Shown here in pieces: positions 18,254-42,781 of a stretch of DNA of 64,000 nucleotides. A program made the position numbers and the translations under genes. The notes below the pieces were generated by a model. It saw nothing but the letters and a program-made list of their open reading frames with translations, was not told the DNA's origin and did no database searches. Position 1 is the first letter of the stretch. Every line of letters begins with the position of its first letter. This DNA is from the human T2T-CHM13v2.0 reference genome, Homo sapiens. The DNA lies in the NCBI RefSeq assembly GCF_009914755.1, contig NC_060946.1. The stretch is one strand, 5' to 3'.

Positions 18254-18793
18254 GTGAGAAGCGGGCTTTCGTGCATGCTGTCATTAGGGAGGACCTGGGC
18301 CCCGGGCAGCGCTCCCAGCCCTGTCTCCTTTGGTGGACACTAGGGAAGCACGAGGAGGCGGCAGAGGGTGGGAAAGGGGAGTCAGGGACCCGCTCCCCAA
18401 CAGATGACACCCTTCTGCTGCTTATACCCCTAGCAGTGGTCAGGACAAGGGGTGTGGGGGACCCCTTGGAAACTGGATGTGTGGCTCGGGATCTGCAGAA
18501 TGCCAGGCTGATCACGCAGTGGCAGGCAGTGGAAGAGGGCAGCGGCCATGGGTGGAAGATGTTCTAGGGCACACAGCTGGGCCGGCACACTGCACTCACA
18601 CCCAGTCGAATGCCTTTGCACTGTGTCCACATTGCACCACCACACATGACAGCCCTAAATGTGAACTGAAGGAACAAGGACTGACCCCTCTGACCACCAC
18701 TACCCATAACCAGTACTGTCTCTGCGTCTGAGTCCTGGCCTGGTTTACCTGCTGGGTGACCCCTGGCAAGTTACTTTGCCTCTCTGGGCCTTA

Positions 18794-19480
<687 letters not shown>

Positions 19481-20012
19481 TCAAGAGGGGCATTTGGTCC
19501 TCTTGTCCTGCATTCTCAGGCATGGGTAGATGGGAGATGCCCCCCTCTGCAGCCCCAGGCAGTGGGCCTGAGGCTGTCCTCACAGAGTGAGCCACACATC
19601 ATGGGGGAGCTTGGAAGCCCCAGAAATGCGCCCTTTCTGCCAGTCCCTTTCTGCCACTGAGAATGATGGCATTCGTTGAACCAGATGAAACTGCCAACCC
19701 CAGATGGTTCGTGGCCTCCGGACCCTAATTTCATGCCTTTGCAAAGCACTTGGCAGTTGACAGAGATTCCCCTTCCTCTCCATCATCCCACCTGATCTCT
19801 TCAACTGTCCCTGGCCGCAGGCAAGACCAGGCTGGCTGTGACTGAGGCGAAGCAAAGACTCGTTCAGAATCGTGGGGCTGACTAGCCAGGGCTGGGGCTG
19901 TGTGCCCCTTTGCCGAGAGGGGCTCAGCTGAGAGCAGAGGGCAGGGCTAGGAGGGGCAGAGACCTCGTCTGCAGCCTGGATCCCTGCCCACCAGCCAACT
20001 GTGCCTCCTTAG

Positions 20013-20122
20013 GAAATGGAGAACTTGCTGACCTACAAGCGGAGAGCCATAGAGCACGTGCTGCAGGTAGAGGCCTCCCAGGAGCCCTCGCACGTGTTCA
20101 GCCTGAAGCAGCTGCTGCAGAG
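20013..20122 (+). CDS. SERHL: SERHL exon 7 (EMENLLTYKRRAIEHVLQ...KQLLQ)
   Basis: ccttag / gtgggt boundaries, 110 nt, ends in phase 2; seen in ORF 20016..20525. Confidence 0.92.
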
Positions 20123-20857
20123 GTGGGTGCCCGGTGTGGACGGGGAGCTGGTGGGGTCCAGGGGAGGACATCCCGTGAGACGTGGAGAAGCTTCTTTCTC
20201 CCTCTCACCCAACAAGCCTGTTTCTCCCTGGGGTCACGCTGAGCACCAGGCTTCCCAGGGTCTTCAGGGACGTTCTCTCTTTCCCTCTGCCCCTGCTCCA
20301 GCCATGCCCCTTACTTCCAATACCCTCCCCACACCTCTCACGCACCCGCCTCTCTCCCAAGCACATGCTGCTTCCACGCCTTCTCTCCCCTCTGGGACTC
20401 CAGCCTGGGCTCCCTTACCTGGAATTCTCCCCTGTGCTTGCTCACTGGCTTCCCCACTCCTTGGGGCCTCAGCTGGGAACCCTGCCCTGACACCCCCAGG
20501 CAAGCTGTCCCTGCCCTGCAGGTAACCACACTGTCCAATAAGAGCCTATTGATTCCTCTGTTTCCCGAGGCATGTGAACTCCGCAACCCCCACTATGGCT
20601 GATTTGGTCATCTTTGTGCCTCCTGCATCTGGCAGTGGGCCTGGTAGGTCAGAGCTCCACACATATTTGTTGTCTGAAGGAGGAGAAGCCCCCCACTGCC
20701 CCACCACACGCACGCGCACACACACCCACACACACACACCCTGCCGCTGTAAACATGCAATCGAAACACGGGACACAGGCCAGGCGCAGTGGCTCACACC
20801 TGTAATCCCAGCACATTGGGAAGCTGAGGTGGGAAGATAGCTTGAGCCCAGGAGTTA

Positions 20858-21301
<444 letters not shown>

Positions 21302-22042
21302 TCAGTGGCATTAAATACAGTCGATGGAGGTGAGGAGAGGAGGGAGACATCCCAGGCACTGGCTGCTGCACAGGGAAAAGCTCGAAGTCAGCTCGGTGCA
21401 TCTGTTGAGAGGGGGATTCCTGATAGAGGCTGTGAAGATTAAAGAGGGGAGGGGCAGGATGACAAAGGTTCTCAAAAAACAGCGTCCCATCTGGAGGCCT
21501 GTGTCACTGGAGACTTGTATTAATAGAAACTTGGCCATCTCTGCCAGTGAGGGGCTGTAGGACCTTGGGCAAGGTGCTTACCCTCTCTGAGCCTTGGTTG
21601 TCTCACGTGCAAAAAGAAAGTGCTTTCATTCGCTCAGCTGGTTTATGAGCAGCTTGGCTAGGGGAGCCAAGCCCTGGGCCTGCCTTTGAAGGGTTGTTGT
21701 CGAGACTAGGTGAGGTCATGTGTGTTGAGTGGCCTCGCACAGTGCTGTCGCTTCAGGTGCTCATGGCCTGTGCTATTTTGTGATTGTTAAAATATGGTAG
21801 AACATTGGACACATGTGAGACACTGTCATTAGAGGTGGGGATGCTCTAACTGCAGGGAGACCGCTGAGAGCTGCTGCCCAGGCCCAGGCCAAGAGATGAG
21901 GCTTGGACCAGGGCGTCAGCCAATGGTCTGGGAATGTTAACGTGTTTGTCTTTGATCCGTGTGGGATTTGTTCTTGAGCATGGTGTCAGATAGTGATTCA
22001 TTTTCTTTTTTTTTTTTCATGTTTTAAAAGTTCTATTTTTCT

Positions 22043-22085
22043 TTATTATTATTATTATTATTATTATTATATTATTATTATTATT
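22043..22085 (+). repeat. (TTA)n microsatellite at an Alu tail
   Basis: Direct reading. Confidence 0.92.
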
Positions 22086-22087
22086 GA

Positions 22088-22195
<108 letters not shown>

Positions 22196-23088
22196 TAGCT
22201 GGGATTACAGGCACCCACCACCACACCTGGCTAATTTTTGTGTTTTTAGTGGAGATGGGGTTTCACCATGTTGTCCAGGCTGGTCTCGAACTCCTGACCT
22301 CAGGTGATCTGCCTGCCTCGACCTCCCAAAGTGCTGGGATTACAGGCATGAGCCACAGTGTTCGGTCTATTTGAATTGTAGAGACAGGGTCTCCCTCTGT
22401 CACCCAGACTGGAGTGCCATGGCTCAATCATGGCTCACGCAGCCTCAACCTCCTGGGCTGAAGTGATCTTCCCACCTCAGCCTCCCGAGTAGCTAGGACT
22501 ACAGGTGTGCGCTATCACACCCAGCTAAGTTTTTTACTTTTGTAGAGACAGGGTCGTGCCATGTTGCCCAGGCTGGTCTTGAATGCCTGGGCTCAAGCTA
22601 TCCTCCCGCCTGTTTCCCAAAGTACTGGGATTATAGGTGTAAGCCACTACACCCAGCCATCGTAATTGTTTTTCTAGATGAACAGCTAGTTATTCCAATA
22701 CCAGCTGTTGGGTGGTCCTCCCTACCCACTAAGGCTCACTCACTGGTGGTTTGTCCCTTGTGTGTGCTGACCTTCGTGGTGGGAGTTTATTGCCAGATCC
22801 TAGTCAATCTGACTTTTGGAGATGCCCCTTTCCCTGTCCTTAGGGACCATGTCTTATGTGACCTGATCTGTAGTGGGATCTGTGATCACCCATAATGCTG
22901 GAAGGAGGAGGCTTCCCAGGGATGGAAAGACTTCGTTAGGACATAAACTAAATTGCAGAAGATACACATTCCAAGATGGGGCTGGCCCAAAATTCTTTTT
23001 TTTTATTTTTATTTTTTAAATTTCTGGCCAGGTGCAGTGGCTCACGCCTGTAATCCCAGCACTTTAGGAGGCCGAGGCAGGCAGATCA

Positions 23089-23319
<231 letters not shown>

Positions 23320-23339
23320 CTATAAATTCTTCTCATATT

Positions 23340-23345
23340 TTTATT
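23340..23345 (-). terminator. Probable distal RRP7A polyadenylation signal AATAAA
   Basis: TTTATT on +; the first canonical AATAAA I see downstream of the RRP7A stop (an ATTAAA variant lies at 23720-23725). Confidence 0.65.
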
Positions 23346-24010
23346 TAACATCCACAATGTGATTTAAGATGTAATCAACATAAAGCTTGATTGCATTATT
23401 TTGCATGCTGTTTTCCAAATCCAGCTTCGTGTCACACCTACAGCACATCTCACTCAAGCTGGCCACATCCCCGCCATCCAGACGTAAAACAGTCACAAGA
23501 CAGGGCAGGCAGGGCCGCGGAGGAGGCTGGCTGGGGCCATCACGGAGTGCCCATCCTGCACTGTGGTCCCAGCAAGTTTCTTTCTCCTGGCAAGAAGCCT
23601 GTCCCAGGCTGGCAGGGGACAGCGTGAGGTGCAGCCTATGGACTGGGAAAGGGGTGTGGAAGGGCCACACCTAAGTCCTAAAATCCAGGCCCAAAAGTGG
23701 CCCAACTCACTTCTCTGACTTTAATCACACAGCCATACCTGGTGGCAAAGGAGTATTGGAAATGGAGTCAGGCTGGGTAGCCACGAGCCCAGGAAGAGGG
23801 GAGAACAGACTTGGAGAGGGCAGGAGTCTCTGGCCACCAGGGGCTAAAGAGCCTTCGATGAGGCAGTGATGTGGGGTCCTGGGCTCAGACCCAGGGTGGG
23901 TGGCTAAGGTGCCCTCGCCAGGGCTTAGCCACCCCAACAGAGATGGGTTTCGTGCCCACGAGAGTGCCTGTGCCTTGTGACGAGAATTCACCATGTTTTT
24001 GTCTCTGCAG

Positions 24011-24093
24011 GCAGAGAACAGCATTGACTTCGTCAGCAGGGAGCTGTGTGCGCATTCCATCAGGAAGCTGCAGGCCCATGTCCTGTTGATCAA
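24011..24093 (+). pseudogene. SERHL: SERHL exon 8 (ancestral frame AENSIDFVSRELCAHSIRKLQAHVLLIK; read out of frame after exon 7, stop at 24089)
   Basis: ctgcag / gtgagt boundaries, 83 nt. Confidence 0.9.
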
Positions 24094-24887
24094 GTGAGTC
24101 TGGACCCATCCCCTTCAGTCACCCCCCAAGGAGACATGGGCGCCAGGAATCTCTGGGAGGGGGCCCTGGCATGAGGCTCCAAGTTCTCTGCGTGTCGACC
24201 ACATCGCTAAGACTCAAGATCTTTTTTGGGAAGCCCCCCTGGCAGCAGGGTCATGGAAGGAGGAAGGTCAGAGGAGGGGAGGGCTCAGGCAGCAGGGGAT
24301 GGGCCGGGGCTGTCCCATGCCTTTCCACAGGTGTCAGCGGGGGGCATGCCCAGGTAAGGCTCCATAACCAGTGAGCCCAGTCTCGACTCACTGCAACCTC
24401 TGCCTCCTGGATTCAAACGATTCTCCTGCCTCAGCCTCCCGAGTAGCTGGGACTACAGGCGCCCGCCACCACGCCTGGCTTATTTTTGTATTTTTAGTAG
24501 AGACGAGGTTTCGCCATGTTGGCCAGGCTGCTCTCCATCTCCTGACCTCATGATCCGCCTGCCTCGGCCTCCCAGTGTTGGGATTACAGGCGAGAGCCAC
24601 CGTGCGTGGCCCACCATAGACGATTTTTAAGCCATAAAAAGAAACGAAGCACTGACATGGGCTCCAGCATGGATGAGCCTTGAAAACATCGCACTAAGTG
24701 GATGAAGTCAGACACAACCGTCTACGTGTTGTATGGCTGCATTCACGTTCAAGTCCAAATAGGACACACGGCAGAGACAAAGCCAGGTCATGGTTGCTCA
24801 GGACCGGAAGCCTGTTGGGGGTGGGGGGGTGGGGTGTGTGTGTGTGTGTGTAAGCTCAGAGGTTTGCGATTTCTTTGGGGGTGATGA

Positions 24888-25172
<285 letters not shown>

Positions 25173-25612
25173 TGACCTCGTGATCCACCCGCCTCAGCCT
25201 CCCAAAGTGCTGGGATTACAGGCGTGAGCCACCATACCCGGCCAGGATTGTAGACTTTCAATGGGAGGATTGTGAAGACATAAATTCTCTCTCAGAGCAA
25301 GTGTGGGCTCCAGCGCCTGTTCAGATCCCAGCTCTGCTGTTCAGGGCTGACTGTGACCAAGTCCTGAACTCCCTGCGCCCCAGCAAGGCTGTGCCTTCAG
25401 CACTTGCTTGCGCCTGGCTTGTGCCAGCTGAGCGTGAGCTGAGATTAACTGAGCCTCAAATCCAACCCAGGGTCAAGGGACCCAGCTGTGGGAGTTGGGG
25501 TAGCCCAGGCTTTGGTTTCTCCTCAGAGGCCTGAACCCAGGGCAGGATGGGGGCACCGCTGGGAGGCGGTTCTAAGATGAACCCCAACAACCCCCAACTC
25601 CTCACTTTCCAG

Positions 25613-25706
25613 AGCAGTCCACGGATATTTTGATCCAAGAGAGAATTACTCTGACAAGGAGTCCCTGTCGTTCATGATAGACACAATGAAATCCACCCTC
25701 AAAGAG
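25613..25706 (+). pseudogene. SERHL: SERHL exon 9 (ancestral frame AVHGYFDPRENYSDKESLSFMIDTMKSTLKE)
   Basis: ttccag / gtaagg boundaries, 94 nt, open in the ancestral frame. Confidence 0.9.
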
Positions 25707-26090
25707 GTAAGGCGGGGCTCAGGCAGCTGGTGTCCAGCCACTGTCGCCCACTCTGGTCCCACCTCACCCATCTCTTCTCATGCACTGGGAAAGACCCCTG
25801 GTCTGCCCCCAGGCCCAACAAGTGACCACCAGGATCTATCAGGCCTCATGCTCCAGTGATCAGTCCCTAGAGGCCTGGGGACACATGTAATCAGAATTTA
25901 AGAAACAGAGACCTTTGGTGGGGAGGTTCTTTACCATCCTCAAGTACCCACCCCTCCTTCTTGGGGCCAGGCACAATTAGGTGACCCAACTGCCAGAGAC
26001 AGTCCCACATTTTTTGAGAGACAGGGTCTCATTCTGTTGCTCAGGCTCAGTCATAGCTCACTGCAGCCTCAAACTCCTGGGCTCAAATGA

Positions 26091-26282
<192 letters not shown>

Positions 26283-26340
26283 TGAGTAGCTGGGATTACA
26301 GGCACCTGCCACCATGCCCAGCTAATTTTTATATTTTTAA

Positions 26341-26469
<129 letters not shown>

Positions 26470-27099
26470 TAGGCTCCCAAACCACAGCAGAACACCTGGC
26501 TGCCTCATCCCTCTGCACCCATCACGCCAGTGGGCATGCTGGCTGTAGGTGGGGATGGCCTTTGCCCGGGTTCCTGGGAGCACCTGGTGTTTTATGGTCA
26601 CCTACCCACTTACACCTGACCCTGGGGCCTCTGCAGTTTTCTTGGCGTTGTCACCACAAAAGGAAGAAGCCCACCTGTGGCTGGCTGGCTGGCCGCCAGG
26701 TCAGAGCCAAGGCAGGCAGGGCCTTCCTGTCTGGCTTCTTGAAGGCAGACACAAGTCTGCAGGCTGCTCACGTCATCTCATTATCTTTTCTCACGAGGAC
26801 TACTTCGGATACAATCACAGCAACCCTGGCCTCGGCCCTGCCCTGTCCCTGCCATGCAACTTCACAACTCAGCTGGCCTAGACCCCTGGGAGGCCTCCAA
26901 GTCCCTAAGGTTAGACATCTCCTGGGGTGCTATGGACTGTCGGGGCTCCAAGGAGCCGAGTGTGGGGGAAACTCACTGTGGGAGGCGCTCCTGACCTGCA
27001 GGGAGCTGGAATGCTGTGGGAGGGCCCTGACCCCGGGGCCCATGGAGCTCCCTAGGCTCCTCTGGCCACATCTCACTACCCACCCCCTCCCCTCTCCAG

Positions 27100-27545
27100 C
27101 GGTTCCAGTTTGTGGAAGTCCCAGGCAATCACTGTGTCCACATGAGCGAACCCCAGCACGTGGCCAGTATCATCAGCTCCTTCTTACAGTGCACACACAC
27201 GCTCCCAGCCCAGCTGTAGCTCTGGGCCTGGAACTATGAAGACCTAGTGCTCCCAGACTCAACACTGGGACTCTGAGTTCCTGAGCCCCACAACAAGGCC
27301 AGGGATGGTGGGGACAGGCCTCACTAGTCTTGAGGCCCAGCCTAGGATGGTAGTCAGGGGAAGGAGCGAGATTCCAACTTCAACATCTGTGACCTCAAGG
27401 GGGAGACAGAGTCTGGGTTCCAGGGCTGCTGTCTCCTGGCTAATAATCTCCAGCCAGCTGGAGGAAGGAAGGGCGGGCTGGGCCCACCTAGCCTTTCCCT
27501 GCTGCCCAACTGGATGGAAAATAAAAGGTTCTTGTATTCTCACTG
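27100..27545 (+). pseudogene. SERHL: SERHL last exon (RFQFVEVPGNHCVHMSEPQHVASIISSFLQCTHTLPAQL*, TAG 27217-27219) plus 3' UTR
   Basis: ctccag acceptor; GNH catalytic-His motif; AATAAA at 27520; 3' end approximate. Confidence 0.9.
27520..27525 (+). terminator. SERHL polyadenylation signal AATAAA
   Basis: Canonical hexamer 300 nt after the ancestral stop, with T-rich sequence downstream. Confidence 0.8.
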
Positions 27546-27891
27546 CTTTTGAGGCTTTTTCGTTGCCAGCAAGGGCTTTTGCATTGAGGGAAAAGGAAGC
27601 ACAGAACGGATTCATCCAGGGTCCTGGAGAGGAGGGTGTGGAGGCAAGAAGCAGGAAGGACAAGTCCTCCTCTCGGCACGCCTGGGTCCCCAGGACTGCT
27701 GAAGCACAAGACCCGAGGGGTGGCCTGGTCCTTCCCTCCTGGCCTGTGTGGACTCTGATGGGGCTGTTGGACGCGGTGGCCTTCAACCTGGGGCCCGTTG
27801 GCCAGAGCTCGGCCTCTCAGAGACCGCTGCAGGCCCTGCCTCGCCTCCTCCTGGCCCTGCACCTCCAGCCATTCACTGCGGCTCTCACAGC

Positions 27892-34768
<6,877 letters not shown>

Positions 34769-35367
34769 CTTGCCACCCGGGAGCGCGGGGGCCGCCGGGA
34801 GTTGCGGTTCGGCGCCGGCGCGAGCGCGTTTTCGTGGCGCCTGCCCCGCCCCCTCACTCCAAGCCCGCCTCCCCGGCCCCGCCCGCCATGGCCCAACCTT
34901 CATCCGCTCAGAGATAAATCAGCGCGCGAAAGTGGGAGCGAATGTCAGAGTTGACCCCGGCCAGTCACGAGTGCGAACTCAGCTTTCCACTCATGCATTC
35001 ACACGTTGAATAGGCAGTGTGAGAGAAATCCAGGATGGCTGCTAGGTTTTCAGTCTGAGCAACTAAGAGGATGGTGTTGCCATTGACTGAGATGGGAAGA
35101 CTGCAGGAGAGGGGCCTGCTTGGGGGTGAAAATGGAGTAGATCAGTTCTCTGTGAGCCGTGGTGAGATGCCCATTAGGCCACTCAGGGGACATGTCAGGT
35201 GGGCACTTAGATATGAGACTGAACAGACTGAACATCAGAGATGTCAGGCCTGGAGCAATACACACGGGACTGGCCATGGATAGGTTATTGACAGTTACGA
35301 GAGGAGCCGGGTGCGGTGATTCATGCCTGTAATCCCAGCAATTTGGGAGGCCGAGGGGGGCGGATCA

Positions 35368-35706
<339 letters not shown>

Positions 35707-36325
35707 TCAGACTGTGTACCCGCCAGCCCTTGATGTATCTACTATTTCTCTTTTCCCAGTGTACAGTTGCTTCTTGGAAATGCTGTCGGCCCCTTTGGGG
35801 AAAGATTAGGAGCCTACTACTGCAAATATTTGTGGTCTGGAGGGGACCCAGCCTCCCTTTCAGTCAGTGACCTCTGGTTCTGAGGCCTAGCTTAGGCCTG
35901 GAAACTGGATGAGGGGTTGGGATTTTCCATCAGCAGCTGCCATTACTGTCCTGTTCGCTCGTTTTTTGTTTTTGATCTTTCTTTGCTTAGCGCAGTCAAG
36001 CAGTGTTGGGGCTTCCGTGGCCCCTGGGAATACCGTGGTCTACTAGCATTCACCAGAGACTCCTGTGCGCCCAGGATCCCTGGCAGCCACTCTGGCCTTG
36101 CTCCTGTTCTGACAGTCACATCAACCGAACCTCTGCTCTCTGGAATCCTATCTCCTGCTGACCTTTCCGAGCCCGGCTCCAGTCCTATTTGCCCTCTTCT
36201 ACCCTGGCCTCAGAGGACGGCCATGCCGATTGCCCATTGATGCCTAGACCCCCCACTAGTCAAAGCAGTCTCTGGTGAACCCTCCAGAAATACGGTCATC
36301 TGGCTTCTCAGATGTTGCATAATAA

Positions 36326-36595
<270 letters not shown>

Positions 36596-36656
36596 TGAGT
36601 AGCTGGGATTACAGGTGTGCACCACCATGACCAGCTAAATTTCTTATTTTTGATAG

Positions 36657-37085
<429 letters not shown>

Positions 37086-37587
37086 TGAGCCCATCTATCC
37101 AGACGTTCCCTGCCCTAGGTGACAGTGTCCGCTCCTTCACTTCTGTGCTCCTTGACTGGAGCACAGCACTTAGCACAGCCGTTCATCTGCCCTGATTCAA
37201 ACTCCACAGTTCTCATCAGGTTCTAGGCCTTTATCAGCACAATGTGACCTGTCTTTAAACACGTCTCTGGAAGCCCCTCCTGATTTTCACCTTGGGCTAT
37301 AAGTTGATAAATGGCTGTCCTGAGGCCTGTTGTTTTCTTCCTTCAGCCCATTGATGCCACTCGATCAATTAACTCCACTTTCTTTATAATTACCACTGCC
37401 CATGTATTTCATGGGTCAGGAATTTGGGCAATGCTCTGCTAGGAGATTTTGTTTCTCCCTGTGGCACTGACTGAGGGCATTTGATGGTATTCAGCTGGCA
37501 TATGGGCTGCACTAAAGGTTCCAAGTCACTTCACTCACATCGCAGCATCTCAGCAGATGAGTCCGGCATCTCAGCAGGGATGGCTGG

Positions 37588-37978
37588 TGATAGAGTTTGA
37601 GTATTTGTCTCCGCCCAAATCGCATGTTAAATTGTAATCCCCAGTGCTAGAGGTGGGGCCTGGTGGGAAGTGTTTGGATCATGGGGGCCTCATGGCTTGG
37701 CGCCGTCTTTGCGTCTTTGCGATCGCGAGTTCTCGCGAGATCTGTTTGTTTAAAAATGGGTGGCTGCTTCACCCCCCACTTTGTTGGTCAGGCTTTCACC
37801 ATGTGAAGTGACCCCTCACACTTCGCCTTCCACCATGAGTCAAAGCTCCCTGAGGCCTCCCCAGAAGCAGATGCAGCCATGCTTCCCGTACAGCCTGCAG
37901 AACCAATTCAACGTCTTGGCTTTATAAATTCCCCAGTCTCAGGTATTTCTTCATAGCAGTGCAAGAATGGCCGAATAT
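37588..37978 (+). mobile_element. MSTA/MSTB-like MaLR LTR
   Basis: TGATAGAGTTTG...TGTAATCCCCAGTG...GGTGGGGCCTGGTGGGA...CCCAGTCTCAGGTATTTCTT...AGCAGTGCAAGAATGG. Confidence 0.75.
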
Positions 37979-38142
37979 GGCTGGGCTCAAGTGGGACTTG
38001 TCAACTAGAGCACCCACCCATGGATTTCCTAGCATGTGGTCTCAGTAGTCAACTTTTTTTTTTTTTCCTGCTTGCTGGGAGGAGGAGGAGGGAGAAGCGA
38101 TGGGCTTCATTAGGAACGGTGAGTTTGCGACTCTGCCGCTAA

Positions 38143-39415
<1,273 letters not shown>

Positions 39416-39487
39416 GAATAAGAACCCAAGTGAGCTTATTAGAAAGAATATTGAGGCCTGGCGCAGTGGCTCACACTTGTAATCTCA

Positions 39488-40061
<574 letters not shown>

Positions 40062-40179
40062 TGATGGTCTCGATCTCTTGACCTTGTGATCCGCCCGCCT
40101 CGGCCTCCCAAAGTGCTGGTATTACAGGCATAAGCCACTGTGCCCAGCCTCAATTTTTCTTTTTTAATGGTTAAAAAAT

Positions 40180-40625
40180 ACTTTCAAATGTCCACACAGT
40201 AAAATTCACTTCTTTTGGTATATAGTTCAAATGCATAGAGTCCTATCACCATGACCACAGTCAAGATAGGGAACATCCCGTCACTCCCAGAACTCCCGTG
40301 CTGCCGCTGGCAACCACTGCTCTGTTCTCCCGTTGCTTTTCCAGCGAGTCCTGAAAGTGGAATCGTGCGAGTCCAGGTTCTTTCACTGAGCATCGTGATT
40401 TGAGGTTCACCCACATTGTTGTATGGTTCCTTTTCATTGCTGAGAAATGTTCCACTGTCTGGATGGAGTGTGGTCTATTTATCTATTCACCAAGTAAAGG
40501 ATGTGGGCGATTTCCAGGTTTCGACGATTATGAATAAGCTGCTGTAACATTCACGCACAGGTGTTTGTATGAATGGAAGTTTTCACTTCTCTTGGGTGAA
40601 TACCTGGGAGTGGGGTTTCTGGGTC
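40180..40625 (-). mobile_element. Old L1M 3' end fragment
   Basis: TTTCACTGAGCAT...TTGAGGTTCACCCA...TTCCAGGTTT...ATGAATAAGCTGCT...CTTGGGTGAATACCTGGGAGTGG. Confidence 0.7.
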
Positions 40626-41196
40626 CCGATCGGGTTTCTAGTGGTCTGTAAGTCAGACTTGCTAAGAGTTTTCGTTGGGGAGACGCACACAGGTAAGGTC
40701 AGCTCTCAGGGTCCTTTCTGCAATGCGGGGATGTCGAGGTCACCTGACAGAGGGGCAAATGCCAGCTGGTCGCCCAACCTGCTCTTGTCCGTTCCTTTTC
40801 CCTCAGAAGCTAATAGAGGAAAGTAAACCTGTTGTTTCACTCTCATTTCCTTTTATTTTCATTAATATTAGGAAATGCCAAGATTAGTGAAAGAATGAAA
40901 AGATGAGTCAAGGCCAGGCATGGTGGCTCACACCCGTAATCCCAGCATTTTGGGAGGCCGAGGCGGGCAGATCACGAGGTCGAGAGATCGAGACCATCCT
41001 GGCCAACATGGTGAAACCCTGTCTCTACTAAAAATATAAAAAGTAGCTAGGCGTGGTGGCGCGCACCTATAATCCTAGCTACTCAAGAGTCTGGGGCAGG
41101 AGAATCTCTTGAACTCAGGAGGCGGAGGTTACAGTGGCCTGAGATCACGCCACCATACTCCAGCCTGGGCAACAGAGCGAGACTCTGTCTCACACA

Positions 41197-41232
<36 letters not shown>

Positions 41233-42586
41233 ATGAATCAAAACAGCCTAGAAAAGGCTTCAGTGATCCTCAGACTGGATGATCGAATCCCGAATAATGG
41301 GGAATCAACAGTAATGGCCTAGTAACACTTTTAAAAAGTCTTCTTTCTTTTTTTAAGAGATGGGGTCTCACTGTGTTGCCCAGGCTAGTCTCAAACTTCC
41401 AGGCTCAACCAATCCTCCTACCTTGGCTTCCTAAAGTGCTAATATTACAGGTTTGAGCCACTCAGCCCAGCCCCAAATCCTTATTATATCCTATTTGTTT
41501 GCTTTGCATGGAAGTTTATACTTACTTCCATCCCACCCTTAACATAACTGCAGAGGGAATTTCTTTTTTTTTTTTTTTGAGACAAGATTTTGTTCTGTCA
41601 GCCAGGCTGGGGTGCAGTGGTGCGATCTTGGCTCACTGCAAGATCCGCCTCCCAGGTTCATGCCATTCTCCTGCCTCAGCCTCCTGAGTAGCTGGGACTA
41701 CAGGCCCCCACCATCACCCCCGGCTAATTTATTTTTGTATTTTTAGTAGCGACGGGTTTTCACCATGTTAGCCAAGATGGTCTCGATCTCCTGACCTCGT
41801 GATCCACCCGCCTCAGCCTCCCAAAGTGCTGGGATTACAGGCGTGAGCCACCGCGCCCGGCCCAGCAGAGGGAATTTCTAAAGGCAAAGACTCTGCTCCT
41901 GAATTAGGAGAAGGCGTGGCAGCTTCACCTCTTACTGCCTGGGGTCAGGCAGTTCTCTGCAGAGCCATTCTCAAGGAGGTGTCTTAGCTTGACTTGCCCC
42001 AAAATAGATGAGGAGCCCCATCTGCCCCATCTAATTACCCTGAGCCCTACTTCTGCCTAAATGCAGCCCTGGCTGAGCTCAGGCTGAGAAGTCCCAGGAT
42101 CTACAGTCAGCAAGCAAAAGAAAACCAGGAGAGCCGACAGTGTCATTGCAGTCCAAGTCCAAGTTCAAAGGCAGGAGAAGACCAGTATCCCAGCTCAGCT
42201 CACAGTCAGGCAGATGGAGTGAATTCTATCTTACTTTTTCTTTTTCTTTTCTTTTCTTTTTTTTTGAGAAGGAGTCTTGCTCTTTCACCCAGGAATATGC
42301 TTTAGGCAATGCATAGTATTTCACTGGAGCTTGAATCTTCCTGAGTGCTTTAACTGGTATTTGTCTGTAGTGACTTACCAAAAGCAAGCTTGTAGATGGT
42401 CCTAGAATTTAAAACTAAGAAGCCAATCTCCAGGCCATCTGCTGAGGGTGATTAGGATACTGAGGAGGTCCGAGGAGCTAAGTGATGGCACCCAGAGTAT
42501 ACCGCTGGAGTGCAGTGGTGCAATATGGGCTCACTGCAACCTCCGCCTCCCGGGTTCAAGCAATTCTCCCTGCCTCAGCCTCCTGA

Positions 42587-42781
<195 letters not shown>

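Noticed and set aside
26562-27239. 225-aa plus-strand ORF over the SERHL last exon
   Set aside because: Mostly intronic, and in a different frame from the hydrolase C-terminus.
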